Below are positions 1 through 13,576 of a DNA stretch of 64,000 bases, one piece after another. Positions within the stretch are counted from its first letter, which is position 1; every line of letters begins with the position of its first letter. The DNA is from Botryllus schlosseri (lineage: Eukaryota): positions 5,952,001-6,016,000 of the forward strand of contig CM119386.1 in assembly GCA_051294905.1 (NCBI GenBank), written 5' to 3'. Both the position numbers and the translations under genes were made by a program. The notes under the pieces are model-generated. The model was not told the origin of the DNA, did no database searches, and saw only the letters and a program-made list of their open reading frames with translations.

Positions 1-265
1 AGAATTATTGGTTTACATGGGAAACTCAACACCGATCATAGCGTTCGCCGACACAGCTTCACAGAAACGGTCACTACATTGACACTATCCCTCATTGTTC
101 GCCACGATGGACAGCACACTGGACAACCCGATTTCCAGGATACTTAAGTTACCAATCGCTTTATCGCGAAGAAGTCCATTGATATTTGTGATTCACTTAT
201 GGAAAGAAACGCCATTCAAAGACCAAAAAATATTCGCTACCAATAGTTACGTCATGACGACTTAC

Positions 266-1206
266 CTCATTCCGCGCAACCGTCTATTGAGATCTCTGAC
301 CGATATCGATATAAGTTCGTTGTCGGGTAATGCTTCGGAGTCACTCAAGCTTTTGGGCGAGTGACAATTCCTTGATCCATTCATGCACTTCTGACTCCCC
401 TCCATGTCATCGCCATGTTCGCTTGTCCCGGGGCTGTCGTAACTCCAATTGGAACACGACATGCCGCGGTTGAGAACGGTGTGTTGGCCGTGGTAAGATC
501 CGTCATGTTTCCTTGTCATTTCTGCGAGTCTATATTGCGTACCGTCGGGTAGGCTTGCGGACCTGTACGCTAACGGCGGATTCGGCGAGATGCATTGCGT
601 CGTTGGGTATACTCCGGCGCAAGCAGCAGTTACGTTTTGCATGGTTTGATCGATCTGATAATGGTTGAAGCGGTTATCTGCAGTGGTTCCAACCGAAGGA
701 GCGACCGTATATCTTGAGTAGTCTTGTTCGGACTGCTGTGTCATCTGAGGGAAACTGCCACTTACAGTTGCTAATATTGCATCTATACATTCTTCTTCTG
801 TTGTGTCACATATGCTCCGCGATTCATCCACTTGGTTCTGGGACCAAAAGTTCTCGCAATTGTCAATTTCCTGCTTCTCTGAACAGTGAGTCATTTCCGG
901 GGATGAAGATAAAGAATGACAGTTTTGCGGTGAGCCCGATGGACTTGACTGGTGGGATCCCGGCTGGTAGCAGTATCCATCGTTCATATTCGGATTTGCA
1001 GGTATTTCATCGGCGGGGTAAGGCTCTTGCTTGACTAAAGACGAATTAGACCGCGAAAATGCTGACCCGTACGGACTATTGTCGGAGTGAGTATTCATCG
1101 GTGATCTGTGGGGTCCAACGAACGATGCAACGTTATAGACAGCGATAGATTGGGCGTCCATCTCAGGTTGCGAGTCTTCAGAAAGTTCGAAGTCGTAATT
1201 AACCAT
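266..1206 (-). CDS. maf: Maf-family bZIP transcription factor, 5' coding exon (bZIP exon lies left of the window)
   Basis: The ORF ends in LPDNELISISVRDLNRRLRGM, which matches the Maf extended homology region (SDEQLVxMSVRELNRQLRG). A phase-2 donor AG|GTAAG lies at 266/265. The N-terminus is Ser/Pro/Gln-rich with VNYDFEL and VKQEP. The ATG is at 1206 and an in-frame acceptor (TTCAG|) lies at 1278, so the protein may start in an upstream exon. Confidence 0.85.
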
Positions 1207-4200
1207 TCGGAAGTTTCGCCAGATGGTTAACGGAACAGCCGCTGTATATCGTGCTACGATTATTTTAGAAGTAAATATCTGAATTTGAAAAATCACAGTT
1301 AAATGTATGCCGCCCACAGCTTCCGACTAATCGTGGATGGCAATGCAGTGCATTGCCAAGTTTCATCGGCGTCAACAGCTGAGTTGTTATCTAAAGTCTG
1401 AGAACGTGTATCATTGTTTGCCGACTGACGCAGCCGAGCTAATTTGCACAAATCCAATGCGGCCTTTACCTGAATGCCGCCAACTCATCAGCTGAGAAAT
1501 GTGATAGATTTCACCAAACAAATCCGATATATAGAGAGGAGCATTTTTTCCATAAATCTTATTTCTTTGTTTGCAGATTGTGCAATGTGTTTTCGTTCGA
1601 GACACGAAAAACGCGAATTTCCTATCTTATAACCAACTCCCTGACTTTGAGTACCTTTTTCGTGCAAACGCTCTCGAAGTCACCGACTGGGAGCGCAACT
1701 TTCTCCTTACCGTTTGCTGCTAAATATGAAAGTCAAGAAAGCTTGATATATCGGCATCTTCGCTTCACTATAAACTTAATCTGCAGTATTCCCCGTTTAT
1801 ATTTATACTTCCGGCTTATTCCATGGAGAAGCATTATGCGCTTCATACATTTGAGTCACCGTCAATTGGAATGAGGAAATACCAGTATATCACATAAAGC
1901 AACTCTGTAGTGTTACCAATCCACCAGCGGGTGCATAAATTTTGAACGTCGGTGCCTGCAGAAGAAAAACTAGCAATAAATCAATTCACAACAACATGTT
2001 TGGTTTCATCGTGGCTGCGTCCTAGTTTTGGCAAGTGGCCTCATGACACTTGGTTGATAAATCCACATGCCTGCGACCCGGTTAATTAAGTTCAGTTGAA
2101 GATTTTACTGCATAAACCGAAGGTGTATATATCGAATATTGTTGAATTGCATTTTAAATCATGTGGTCATATTTCGCTTTCATGGCATTCTTATGAGGCG
2201 TAACACTTAGAAGCTGATATGTCGGATATCACCGCCCTAGAATGGTAAATTAGACAAACTGATCTATGCACAGATCCAGGTCTCTGCCTTCCGCTTAGCA
2301 TATCTAATCAAATCCTACTCGTAACTTTGCTGCTTCCGATTGGTTTAGCGTACCTCGACTACTTCCCGGCGTGCCAAGTCACACCGGCTATCGTATAAAC
2401 ATATCATTTGGGACGGTAGATGTTTGATAACTGCATCGTGTTAGCATATATTTGCCTCGTTCTTATCAGCTCGGTGGCTTGATGGGTTTTGCACGGAACG
2501 TTTGCACTGCGTGCATTGGTTGGTCCGAACATATTGTTTGTAGTCAGTATTGTGCGGCTTCTAGGATCATCGAGCATTGCTAGTAACCGACACCATTTTA
2601 GTTACGCTTTGTTTGCTACGTTCGTATTCCTACGCAAACCTACCTTGGCTTCAAGCTATCCGCCATTTGAATCGCGGTAGAATATCATGCGCCACAAAAT
2701 TGCGTTATAGGCCCGGTGTGTACATTCATTTGATTTGACAAACAACGTAAGTTTTCGAATGAATTCACTCGTCCGAATACTATCAACAATATAAACAAGG
2801 GGTGAACATACGCGACAGTTCTTATTTGCAGTGCAATTGTTAACTGGTGGTTTACGAACCCGAACACAATAGTAGTCGTATGGAATTATGTGGATGGAGG
2901 TTAGTGACATTACGACTTGGGGGCGCTTGCACCACAAAAAACCCGTGCCAAGTGTTTGTATTAATTTGGTGAGAAATTATACGTTTGGTAGCTGTAAAAT
3001 GCGACGCCTATGCCGATGCAAATATCGGGATAATTCATGCTTCAAACGCGGCGTTGTCCTCAGCTGCAGGAACAAGGTCCTTGTAATGAGTTCACTCCAT
3101 GCATATTTCGTAATTCGGAACCGGCTTCAGCTGGATATATTTGCGTTAAGTATACAACGTATAGTCGAGTGCAAACATCGATTCTTATCGTTGCCAATCG
3201 AGTTAAGAAATGATTAGTTCAGACTCGGCATTGAGAGTAGAACCACGTTGTTAGAACAACAGGCAGCAATCATATTGGAAAATCATTTCGCATTATCTCT
3301 TGAATGTACGCCAAACATAACATCAAAATAAGAGTGCTGTGGAACATACCCTTCCCAAGTTAACCCCATTTCTGATTATAGCATCGAATATAATTTTGTT
3401 AAAAATATGCTTTTCATATACTATCTCAATTCGAATATGGTCGAAAACACTTTTCAAAATAAAAAATCAATCATTTCGAAGTATAAATAGCGTTTGGTAG
3501 ACCAGGTAAAGTGATTTCCTTTAAGAAGTTTGGATTGAGGTAAATAATTTTACTCAGTCGAACAGATTGAATCCGCGTACCAAGAAAAAGTTGGTATCCA
3601 CTTGAAGAGAAATTATTGCTACATACAGCCGTGCCAGCAAAGCGGCAGGCTACCACACAGTAAACACACTGGATTTAATCATTCACATGTACGTCTATCG
3701 CCATCTTGGGATCAAAACCTTAACGACTGTCCAGTTTCCATATTACGTTGGAAATAACGAATTTGGGACGCTCGGGCAATAAGACAATTGAACTGGTTTT
3801 GTTTAACTAAGCGTATTTCCACCTTTATTCGGAGAATACTTCGGAAGAAAGAAGGGATAGAGCTCACTGTGTATCAAGGTGATTAAATATGACATCCACA
3901 ATTCAATTCAATTTTTTGCTAAAAATTTCATCATTTCAATACACCACAGGACTGCAATACATTGAAAGATAGGAAGGTGTCGAAACGACTTGGAGTAGTC
4001 TTCGAAATCAGACATCCGCCTGGCCTAGGCGATGTAAAAAAGGAGGCATGCACATTGCACATGCACAGTTGCACACTGAATGAAAAGTAAAAGAAGAAAA
4101 TATAAAAGGATAGGTGACAAAAAAGGTGGCGTGTGTCGGAAGGCAAGATCGATATGTCAGGTCGTGGCCCAGTAAACTGATACGATCGGTTGAATTATAT

Positions 4201-6529
4201 CCAAGTGATATATTATCAGAATATTACGTCGTCAATAGGTCTCTCTGCATAGACCTATACGTCCTATATACAATTGCTCACATAGTTTTGAAGAGATTTC
4301 TTCTTCTGTCGTGTCATCTTATTTCATTCATTGCTAATAGCTAGATATCAATCGACAGTCTCTTTTGTCAGGGCCGTCAAATTTAAGGGCATTTTACATG
4401 CTATATTGTAGATATATTCAAGATCGCGGACTGGTTCGGGTCCTATGTAACGCACAATGGAAACCTCTTCGTATTGGCCACTCATCGGAGAAGCTAATAT
4501 TATATTCTACTACGATGTAACAGTATTGTTTCGACAGTCATGTCACAGTACATGGGTTGACTATCTCCATCGCGGTGCCCGCGGGTGCCAGGTCGTCCTT
4601 AAGGACCAGACGAGTCGTTCTTCGTGGCAGTAGACCTAACAGCAAACATTCAGATGATAGCTTTGAAGGTCGAAGTGGAGAAGGGTTCCATGTGAACAGC
4701 ATCTGAACATAGTGCAGTGCAGTCGACCGTAAAGAACATGTGAACGCAGTTTTCGATCATGGGCGCTGCTCCACGTCGTCCCCGCTTCGACGCAGAGATT
4801 GGCGTTTCGGAGCCCAGTAGTGCGGCAACCCAGTTGAGCTCGGAGACGCTGGCGCGAGTCCCGGAATAAGAAGAGGAAACCCCGCCCAGTGCTCGGAATG
4901 TCAAAGAGGAGAATTCAGCCAAACACGGATAAACGGGGGAGTAACTGGTGGCTCTTCGCATTAATCAGTACCCTAGAAATAGCTCTGCATTTCAGAAAAG
5001 TTAGCGACCCCTGCACCATAGCTGGCTATGTAGCTTGTACGGAAATACTTGTCAATAACGTTATCCGTAATCAGATTGTCATGATATTCCAATATTCGCG
5101 TTCAGCGCTGGAGTAAATTCGATATTTCGCATCCTGACGATTGAATTTTCGAACAATGAACAACACCAACTGTCTCATCATGGACGCGGAATGTTTCCAT
5201 GCATTCACCTTCCCATGTATGCACAGTACGAGGAAGTCTTCGTTGTTCAATCGATTACTTGATATGTTTAAGTTTGGTTAGGCGACCATCGGACATCGCT
5301 ACATCAATTCAATAGGCTATGTTCACAGAAAACAATGAATCTTACTCGGTTACGGATTCTTCTGCAAAGAGCGACAATGTCTGCGCATGCGAATGGGCGT
5401 TACAAAAGTCAATAACAATAAGTTAGAGTTGGATTGACACCTTTCATTCAAAGGAGCGTTCCACTCTTCCAACATGCAGGAATATCATGTTCCATTGTCC
5501 CTCCGATCAGCCTGTGTAAGTGTGTATGCCAGTTAACTGGGAAGACATCGCTATCATTTTTCATTATCCATACGTCGGGACTCGGGAGCGGTCTTGCGAG
5601 AAATATCCCAACGGTCAATGAAACAATAAGCAACATTGTACAACAGAAAAAGATCGCGTTGCATGGCGAAACGCGTGTGTTTGCGTGTGTGCTACTTTCG
5701 TTAATAATCTTCGCAACCGGCGTCCATTCTAGCCACGGCAACACGAACACAACTGAGTTGAAACGAGTGACCGATAAGTCGATAACTCTACGAAGGATGG
5801 AAGCCTGTTAATGAAAAATCGGGTTGAAACTTTGCTACTGAGAACAATGGGTCGCAATTTCACAATACACAATCACATCTCTATATGGCATATTTCCTGG
5901 AACTAACACTGCAGACCCACCACCGTAGGATTACGACGAGATGCTGTGATAAGCAGGAGGGCCAATGGCAACCATACATAGGGTAATCGTGATTAGTAAT
6001 CGTAATCGCAATCGATTACATTCGGAAAAATCTTAAATAATCGTGATTGTAATCGATTATTTCGCATATCTAACCGATTTCTTTGTGAAGGAACGATTAC
6101 TTTTTTTGTAAAAGAGCTGTGACAGAAACTGAACATTTGTGAACAAGGAATAGTGCGATACTATGCCGCTTTATTGACAGCAGAAACGACTACGCCTACG
6201 CGTAACGCAAAGGTTTTCCAGGTGGCACAAATAGATGTTGTTGTTTTTTCGACCGAAGGGAGTTAGGGTTGATTTTGAGTTTTTTGAAGCCGTCGTCGTC
6301 GTCGTCGTGGGTAGGGGCAATCCCACCAATGACGGCCTACGGCGAAGAGATCTAGTCGTAAAGCATTTATTGGGATTAATTGGGATTCTTACCTAATAAA
6401 ATTCCGTTTTAATATATTTGACCACAAGAATTCCAAATGGACACAACATAAACTGGGCCTCAAAATGGGCAGTTTATTTTCTGCAGCAACAGTGGAAAAA
6501 ATTTTGAAAAGCCTTCGGCAAGATTGCCT

Positions 6530-6847
6530 CCGACAAGATAGTGTAATGGTGAAGCGTCCGGCTTCTTGATCGGCAGGTCGTGGTTTCGATCCCCGGCCGG
6601 GTCAGACCAAAGACCTGATTAGTAACACTGGTATCCATGACTTCCCTGCTTGGCACTCAAGCAGTACTGGGATAGCATGGAGGGGTGGTGCATGACTATA
6701 TCGGCGCTTCCTTGTCCAGCGGCATATGCAAATCATGCGCTCACAGTATGCATATGCACGGATCGGGTGTATGTGTATCATGAGTCGGTGTATATGCCGC
6801 AAAAAACATCAAGGACAAAAATAAACTACGACCTTTCCTTTCCTTTC
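6530..6847 (+). mobile_element. tRNA-derived SINE
   Basis: A box TAGTGTAATGG (6539), B box GGTTTCGATCC (6582), core CCAAAGAC...CTTCCCTGCTTGGCACTC, (CCTTT)n tail. Confidence 0.85.
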
Positions 6848-8045
6848 GGCGCGCGTAACTTACGTAGGTGGTACGCGAGCACTGCATAAAACTTCGAAAT
6901 GGTACGTGGGTGGCAAATGGTCGGTAGCCACAGGCGTAACGAATTAACCACACATAGTAAATATATATTTGATGTGCATATTGTGATTGTAAGAACCACC
7001 GTCATCTCGCAGCATTATAGGGACACCATTTTTGGGAATCAGGGAAGGAGGAAACTTTTTTTTTAATTTTCAGACTTACAATACTGGAGCAAAATCCGGA
7101 AAAATGGTAAATTTACCACGAAATTGCGGTTGGCTGACTAAAAAAATGTTGTCGCCTAAAATCTGTAAAGGAGGACGAGTTGCCAAAACGGAGGACTTTT
7201 AGGCGTCCTCGGGAGACATTTTCAAAAATCTGAAAAAGAAGGACGCATGGTAACCCAACGCAGTATCATAATAATCATCACTCTGCCTAATTTATATTGA
7301 TCTTGGATTTTATGCGTAGTTTAATGAAGTTTGTACGTTGTCACATGGCAAAGAGTATGGACTAAGATTTGAAATCTTGTACTCGTGTAATGAAACATTA
7401 AGATTTCCACATCGAAGCATTAAAAATCAACGACTGCGGAGTGCTGACATAAATTATAAGCGAACTGTTCTTTTCCGTTACGAGTAAAGGCAGCTCACAA
7501 TATGTGTACCAAGTGGAATGATGCAGTCAATATTGCATGTAGCCTGTTCATTGATCTACTGCGAGAAACGTTATTATCGATCATGCCAGAATTTTACGTT
7601 CTTGAAACGGGCACCAATCGTCATTTCGCAATTCTTTACTCATCATTTGCATCTGCCGCCATAGCCATTCGCTTATACACTATGTTAGCGTATGTTGTTG
7701 GAGCTAATACCAAGACCGAAACAGCACTTCGTCAGCCCCCAAACGTTGGTCCCCCCCCCCGAGGAGTGATCAATCGAACGTTCAGGGTCAAAGCCGAACT
7801 CAAGGTAAAGGCCAAGGTCTTTTCTTGGTAGCACACTTCGTGGAGTTCTATGTTGGCCGGAGCTGCATATGTGTATTGGTGTGTATTAATACCTTACAAT
7901 TTAGTTTGATTTACGAAATAATATTGGGCCCCCGTCGATCTCGCTCCCCACCCAATTGGGAAGTTTGTTGTGCGACAGTTAGATTGCAGTCCAGAACACA
8001 AATCGTCGGGTGCGAGAATTCATCAGCGATAAGGTTGGGCTATGG

Positions 8046-9320
8046 CAGGCCTGTTTATTTTTGGATTTCTCCAAAAATAACAAAAATAGCTTATTTTTGG
8101 ATGTTTTCAAATTTTATTTTTGGAGGATCTCCAAAAATAAGAATTGAAGGTGTTTTGAGCCCGATTACTACTGAAAAAATCCACCAAAAGTATGTTATTA
8201 TCATGTATTCAAGTCCTCCAACACATAGATATCATCAGTGATCTTGATCTAACTTTCCAATACATTCTTCACAAATTTAGTCTTTGGCCTGGAGGATGCC
8301 TTCTAGAGAATATTAATCACTGCGAGACGCCCCCCCCCCCCCTTGATTTTCGAGATATCGGCCTCGAACGTCGCAATTGTGGGAAACATCGAGGTTAGGG
8401 GTCCAAAAATCGAGGAATGTCTAGCTCTTCAAACTTTCCAATCTTCCAAGCTTTTGCTCCTGAAAAGCGCTCGTCAGTAATGCGCTTGAAACCTCTGATC
8501 CTCCACGAAGTTGCGTGCCTCATTGAACTTGACATCCCAACACCCTCTGACCAGAAAACCTTCCTTGTGGCGGTCCTCGTCCCAGTCCTCACCTGGACAC
8601 AGGCGTTCGACCAGGCGCATGAGCTCCTGCTGCTCCATGATCAGAACATCAAGACCATGAAGCTTCGTGACGGTGGTGCTCAGGTGTGTGCGAGCGTGAC
8701 CATGCGATCGAGAACGATCAGATGGATCCACCACAGCAGCGAAGTTGCACACGTCGGACTGTTTTCGTCCATAACATCAAGGAGTTTGGTACGGTTTCCA
8801 GTCAACCAAGAGGCCACCCTCTTCATTGACAATAAACGAGCGTCAACAAACTTGGGTCACACGCTTTCCATTTACTCTGGATCAAGTTGTGTTGCCGTCC
8901 GAAGCATCAGCAGATGAGTCCCGTCATCGTGTGGACGAAGTGATTGCGACAGAGATGGCTGTATATGATTTCGCCGTTCCCTTTGCCTCACTACAGCTGC
9001 CTTCCCGTCTTCTCTACGTGTCGTACTGTGAAACTTATAGCAGTACAAAGGCGGAGGGGCGGGCAGGCAGGCAGGCAGGCAAGGTCAGCAGAAACGTGAA
9101 GTGGATTGAGTGGAAGTAGTTTTAGCGTTTCGGTGACCCCTTCCCTCACATAGGTGCTGTTTTGTGTGTTTTATGAGTTTTCTGATCGTTTACATCGCTC
9201 TGACTTGTATATTTCACTGAAAAACATCATCCAAAAAAATCTTATTTTTGGATGTTTTCAAATCTTATTTTTGGAGAATCTCCAAAAATAAAACCCAACA
9301 TCCAAAAATAAACAGGCCTG
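8046..9320. mobile_element. TIR element with CCAAAAATA subterminal repeats and GC-richer cargo
   Basis: 20-bp TIR CAGGCCTGTTTATTTTTGGA; flanking duplication GCTATGG. Confidence 0.8.
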
Positions 9321-9329
9321 GCTATGGTA

Positions 9330-10587
9330 CATTGTGATTACGTCATATTGAAAATTATTCTATCATACGGTCTTTTCATCGTAATCGTTATATTGTCTTC
9401 CAATACGTAATCAAATGTAAGCTCTAAGACAGGGGTCGCCAACTCAAAACGGGTCGCGGGCCACTTTTCAAATTCCATTGCGGCCGCGGGCCGCATCAAT
9501 TCAATATCGATACAAACTACTAGGCGATCACGTTTTAAAACTCTGCGTCAATACAACGACGTGCTACCTAACATAGGGGATGGGCATAGTGACCACAAAG
9601 GAAGCTATAATTTATTAAAGGAATACAAATACAACAAAAAATCATTATCGTCAATTTCATTTTATTTGAACTCTGCACTGTGCGCGATACCTGGAAATGC
9701 TTTTCGGCGACTAAGGAATCGATATTACGTCTAGCGAGATACGTTACTAGCTGAAAGACCATCTCCACGTAAAGCTTGATCTTGAGCCATGGGGAAGCCC
9801 TAAGCCAGTGGTTCTTAAACGTTTTTAGACACGTTCCAACCATATCGTCATATCACAAAATGCAACCATAGCAATCCTAACGGATAGTGGACGGTTATGG
9901 CTGTTGATGAGAGAATTTTGTAATGTGAATTCCGGACTATACAGAAAACCTGAGTTTCACGTAAATCGCGCAGAGCGCGAAAAATTTTTCAATTGACCGC
10001 AGCTCCGCGCCCCATTCAGATGCTTTTACGCCCCCACAAGAGGGACGCGTCCCCCAGTTTGAGAACCACTGCCATATGCTGTTTCTAAGCGTCTTGGCCT
10101 TGGCAGTGTTTGGGCCATTGCACGTCGAGGCAATATGCCCACTGCCCAGCCCATCCAAATCAGCTAATTATTCTCCCTCGATGGAATCCTGTTGCATCGC
10201 CATAGCCGTTTTAGTTAGTGACTATGATGTTGGGCACAGGAGAATAGCTTATTGTGAAGCAACAACAACAATATGTTGAAACTGTAGTCAATTTCAGCAT
10301 TTCAAAATGGTTTTCTTAGCTTTCTTCCGAAATTTCAAATCAAGTCGCGGGCCGCAGAATATGAGCTCGCCGGCCGCATGTGGCCCGCGGGCCGCGTGTT
10401 GGTGACCCTTGCTCTAAGATGCCTAATAAGTGTAATAAATGTAATCCTGAATAATCGTGACTACTTTGCCATGTAATCGTAATCGACTATTTCCAGATTT
10501 GCAGCACTTGCAATAGTAGGCCTAATCGCGTGATTCAGAAGTAATCGTAATCACAATCGATAGAATTCATGAAGTAATCACCCCATA
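9330..10587. repeat. GTAATC/GATTAC-rich MITE family fragment (others at 5977-6090 and 12702-12807)
   Basis: Repeated GTAATC motifs and the terminus GTAATCACCCCAT; split by the 9430-10411 MITE. Confidence 0.65.
9430..10411. mobile_element. hAT (Charlie-like) MITE containing a nested MITE at 9806-10071
   Basis: TIR CAGGGGTCGCCAAC / GTTGGTGACCCTTG, GGCCCGCGGGCC subterminal motifs, perfect 8-bp TSD CTCTAAGA. The inner element has TIR CAGTGGTTCT. Confidence 0.85.
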
Positions 10588-11581
10588 TCTGCTGGCAACA
10601 CATTCATACTTTGTTGCCACCTAGCGATGCAATATTACTCGCAGTAGTCAGCCGTGCAATGGCTTATTCATATTTTAAACGCTTCAACAAAACACCACAA
10701 GATTGCGATTCAATTAAAAATTAGGGAAAAGTATAAATGAAATGGTGAATTATATTGATAAGGCCCCCGTCGTGGGTTATAATTGCACAATTGCACATTG
10801 AGTGAGAAATACCGAAGTAATCAGGTGAAAATGGGTATGGGCATGCAATTTAAATTAGGACGATATATTGAGAACGTGATCCAGTGGTGTTGCACTCGTA
10901 CTAGTGGAAGAACGGTCCACGCCGGCAATCGCTTTTCTTATCTTTTATCTCTTCAATCGTATTGACTTTCCGTCTAGGTCTTGCATATTACGCACAGGTA
11001 GCAGTGAAAGGCGAGGCACTGTCTCCCCTGTCGTCACCAACAGCAAAAGAAAAGAGTGAAAACCACGGTGTTTGTCTAATCATAGTATCCTATATGGTGC
11101 GGACACAGCCAGATTGAACGGCTCACTGCATTTGGGGTGCGTCATACTTTTCATTTGGTCAAAGGCAATTTCACGGCCATTTTGACCCGCCTGCCGAGCG
11201 CTAAATTTGATAAAACGGGTATCAATGGAGAGTTGCGGCTGTAATAATGTCGAAAATATAAATTTTATTTTGCTTATCGCGCTGGAACCCCCCAAAAACA
11301 GCCTCGAATTTTGCAATGTGATCGGATTTGGAATTGTGACGCAACAATTCTGTGGCAAAACAAGACTGCAGCTCAGATAGAAATTTCCACGCGATCAATT
11401 ATATCGATAACTAACCTACGTACTACGTACTACGCAGGTTAGTTATCTATAGATCAATGTAGCAGTCCTATACTCGATACCGCCATCTATGATACGTTTT
11501 GATAACATGTTTTGCATTTAAGTTGGTTTGAATTTTAGCGTTATGCGAGGATCTCACACTGATGGAAAAAGGAGCCATTAG

Positions 11582-11746
11582 TAGGGTTACCATATTTTGG
11601 AAATCTGAAAAGAGGACACTTTTTCAGAATTTTCAGACTTGCAAAAAATGGTAAATTTTTCCCACTTTGTGGTCGGTTGACTAAAAAAAGGTCAACTTTC
11701 CGGTCAGATCCCGGAGCGTCACCTCGGTGCTGATATGGTAACCCTA
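11582..11746. mobile_element. TAGGGTTACCAT-TIR MITE (related copy at about 7018-7257)
   Basis: TIR TAGGGTTACCAT / ATGGTAACCCTA with internal GAGGAC motifs. Confidence 0.7.
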
Positions 11747-13576
11747 CCCTAATACATTCTGTGGACCCAGTTCTACCGGCCCTTACAAGTCAAGGAAAAG
11801 CTGATAATGTGAGCTCGCTTTTAGCGAAGCGCCGATAGAAAGTATCAACAGCACGACGCGTCTCTGGAGCCCTACGAAAAAAGCGGGCCAAGGCAATCGA
11901 TATCATAATAATCTGACATATCCAATGTAGACTATTTAGACGTAGCCTAAATATCTCTATAAGTTGAAGGATAATGCCAATGCGCGAAAATTGGTAGGGC
12001 CCTAATACATTCTGTGGACCCAGTTCTACCCTTACAAGTCAAGGAAGGTACGGTGTGCTCGCGTGTACCGAAGCGCATAGAAAAAGTATCAACAGCACTG
12101 CGTTTCTCTGCGACGCGATTGCACATTGCCATTTACGCGACGCCAGCTGATCTCACTCTCGCCGCTCAGCCACATCCTTGCTCTTGACGAGCTACTCTCT
12201 CATTTCGCCAGACATTGCGTCCCACTGGCAACCTCCTCAACAATGAAAATTTGAGGCTGATTGTGGGGGTTCCAGGGCCATGAGCGGAATAAAATTTATA
12301 TTTTCGCAAGCAGTACAGCGTCTGCTTTTGGTTGATACCCGGTTCATCAAATTTAATGCTCGGTAAGCTGGTCAGAAATCCCCGCAAATTTGCCTTTAAA
12401 TAAATGCAAAGTATCACGTGAACCAATTTCATTGAGCCGAGCGATTTGCTTGTGTCGACACCATATAGGACACTATGGTTTCACCCTGGCGACATTGAGC
12501 CATATGACGACATAAAAGGTGTATGCGTAAACTACAAATCGCCAAGTTTATGTATCAGTTCCACTGCGGTCATTGCCCCGAATATTTCAATGACTCGTTT
12601 TTGGTGATATTCATGGTGCTTGTCGACTACTATTGTCATTGGTCATTTACGCCAGGGCGATTCCTTATTTTTGATTTCGTATCTGCCGACTTGCAGCCAG
12701 ACATGGGGTGATTACTTCACGAATGTAATCGATTGCGATTACGATTACTTGTGAATCCCGCGATTACGATTACATTTCAAAAGTAATCACGATTACTCAC
12801 GATTACATTTGTTTTGCTCCTTAGAACTAATATCAGAAGAGATATTGGAATACAATATAAGGCTTGCGATGAAAAGGTCTAATGAGATAACAACTTTCCT
12901 TATAATTCATACGTTATTTGCTTGCTACGTCATAATGCACCCATTGCCCAACTCTATACAGGACTATTCGTCGCACCATGGAAAACTGAATCCCATTCAG
13001 TTTTCCATGGTCGCACCCAACGATTTGCATTCTTGCCAGGTCCGCAACTGCCACACCCCAAACTCCCCAATAGGATCAGGAGCCAGCTCTAAGGGGACTC
13101 AAAAGTATTTCGTAAACTAACATAAATTACTATAGAGTATTTTCAAGACAGTTAATTAACTTGAAATTTTTTTTCGAGCTTCGGGATCTAATGTCTCTAA
13201 ATAGCTTGATTTTGAAATGCATACCTCTCCCCCTCAAGAAAAAAAACACGCATAATTTGTAGGAATGGGCATTTCGGTGGCAGTCATTACCCCGCCACGA
13301 CACACCAAAAGACGTATGCAATTTCGACCAACACGCAACTCCACAAAGTGTGCTACCAAAGAATGACCTTGGCCAAAACCTTGGGTATGTGTCTATTGTC
13401 AGTAGCCGCGCTCTGTGGGCGTGACGAATAGTCCGGTCCTTCAAATCTGAGCCCCAACAATGCAAATGCCACCCGGGGCACTCACAGAGGAATGAAGACA
13501 TGACAATTTGTGCTTGCGTCTCACGAAAGTTTTTCCTTTAGTCGGCTACGTTTGGGCGACTACAGGAGAGAACAAC

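Noticed and set aside
4560-4961. GC-richer stretch with a 103-aa ORF
   Set aside because: No recognisable domain, stops in the plausible frames, and no repeat partner in the window.
5434-5811. Overlapping hydrophobic ORFs (5448-5750 minus looks like a signal peptide, MLLIVSLTVGIFLARPLP)
   Set aside because: No homology or clear splice context; hydrophobicity on both strands is explained by base composition.
6530-6603. tRNA gene
   Set aside because: It has A and B boxes but no proper cloverleaf, and it continues into a repeated body, so it is a SINE head.
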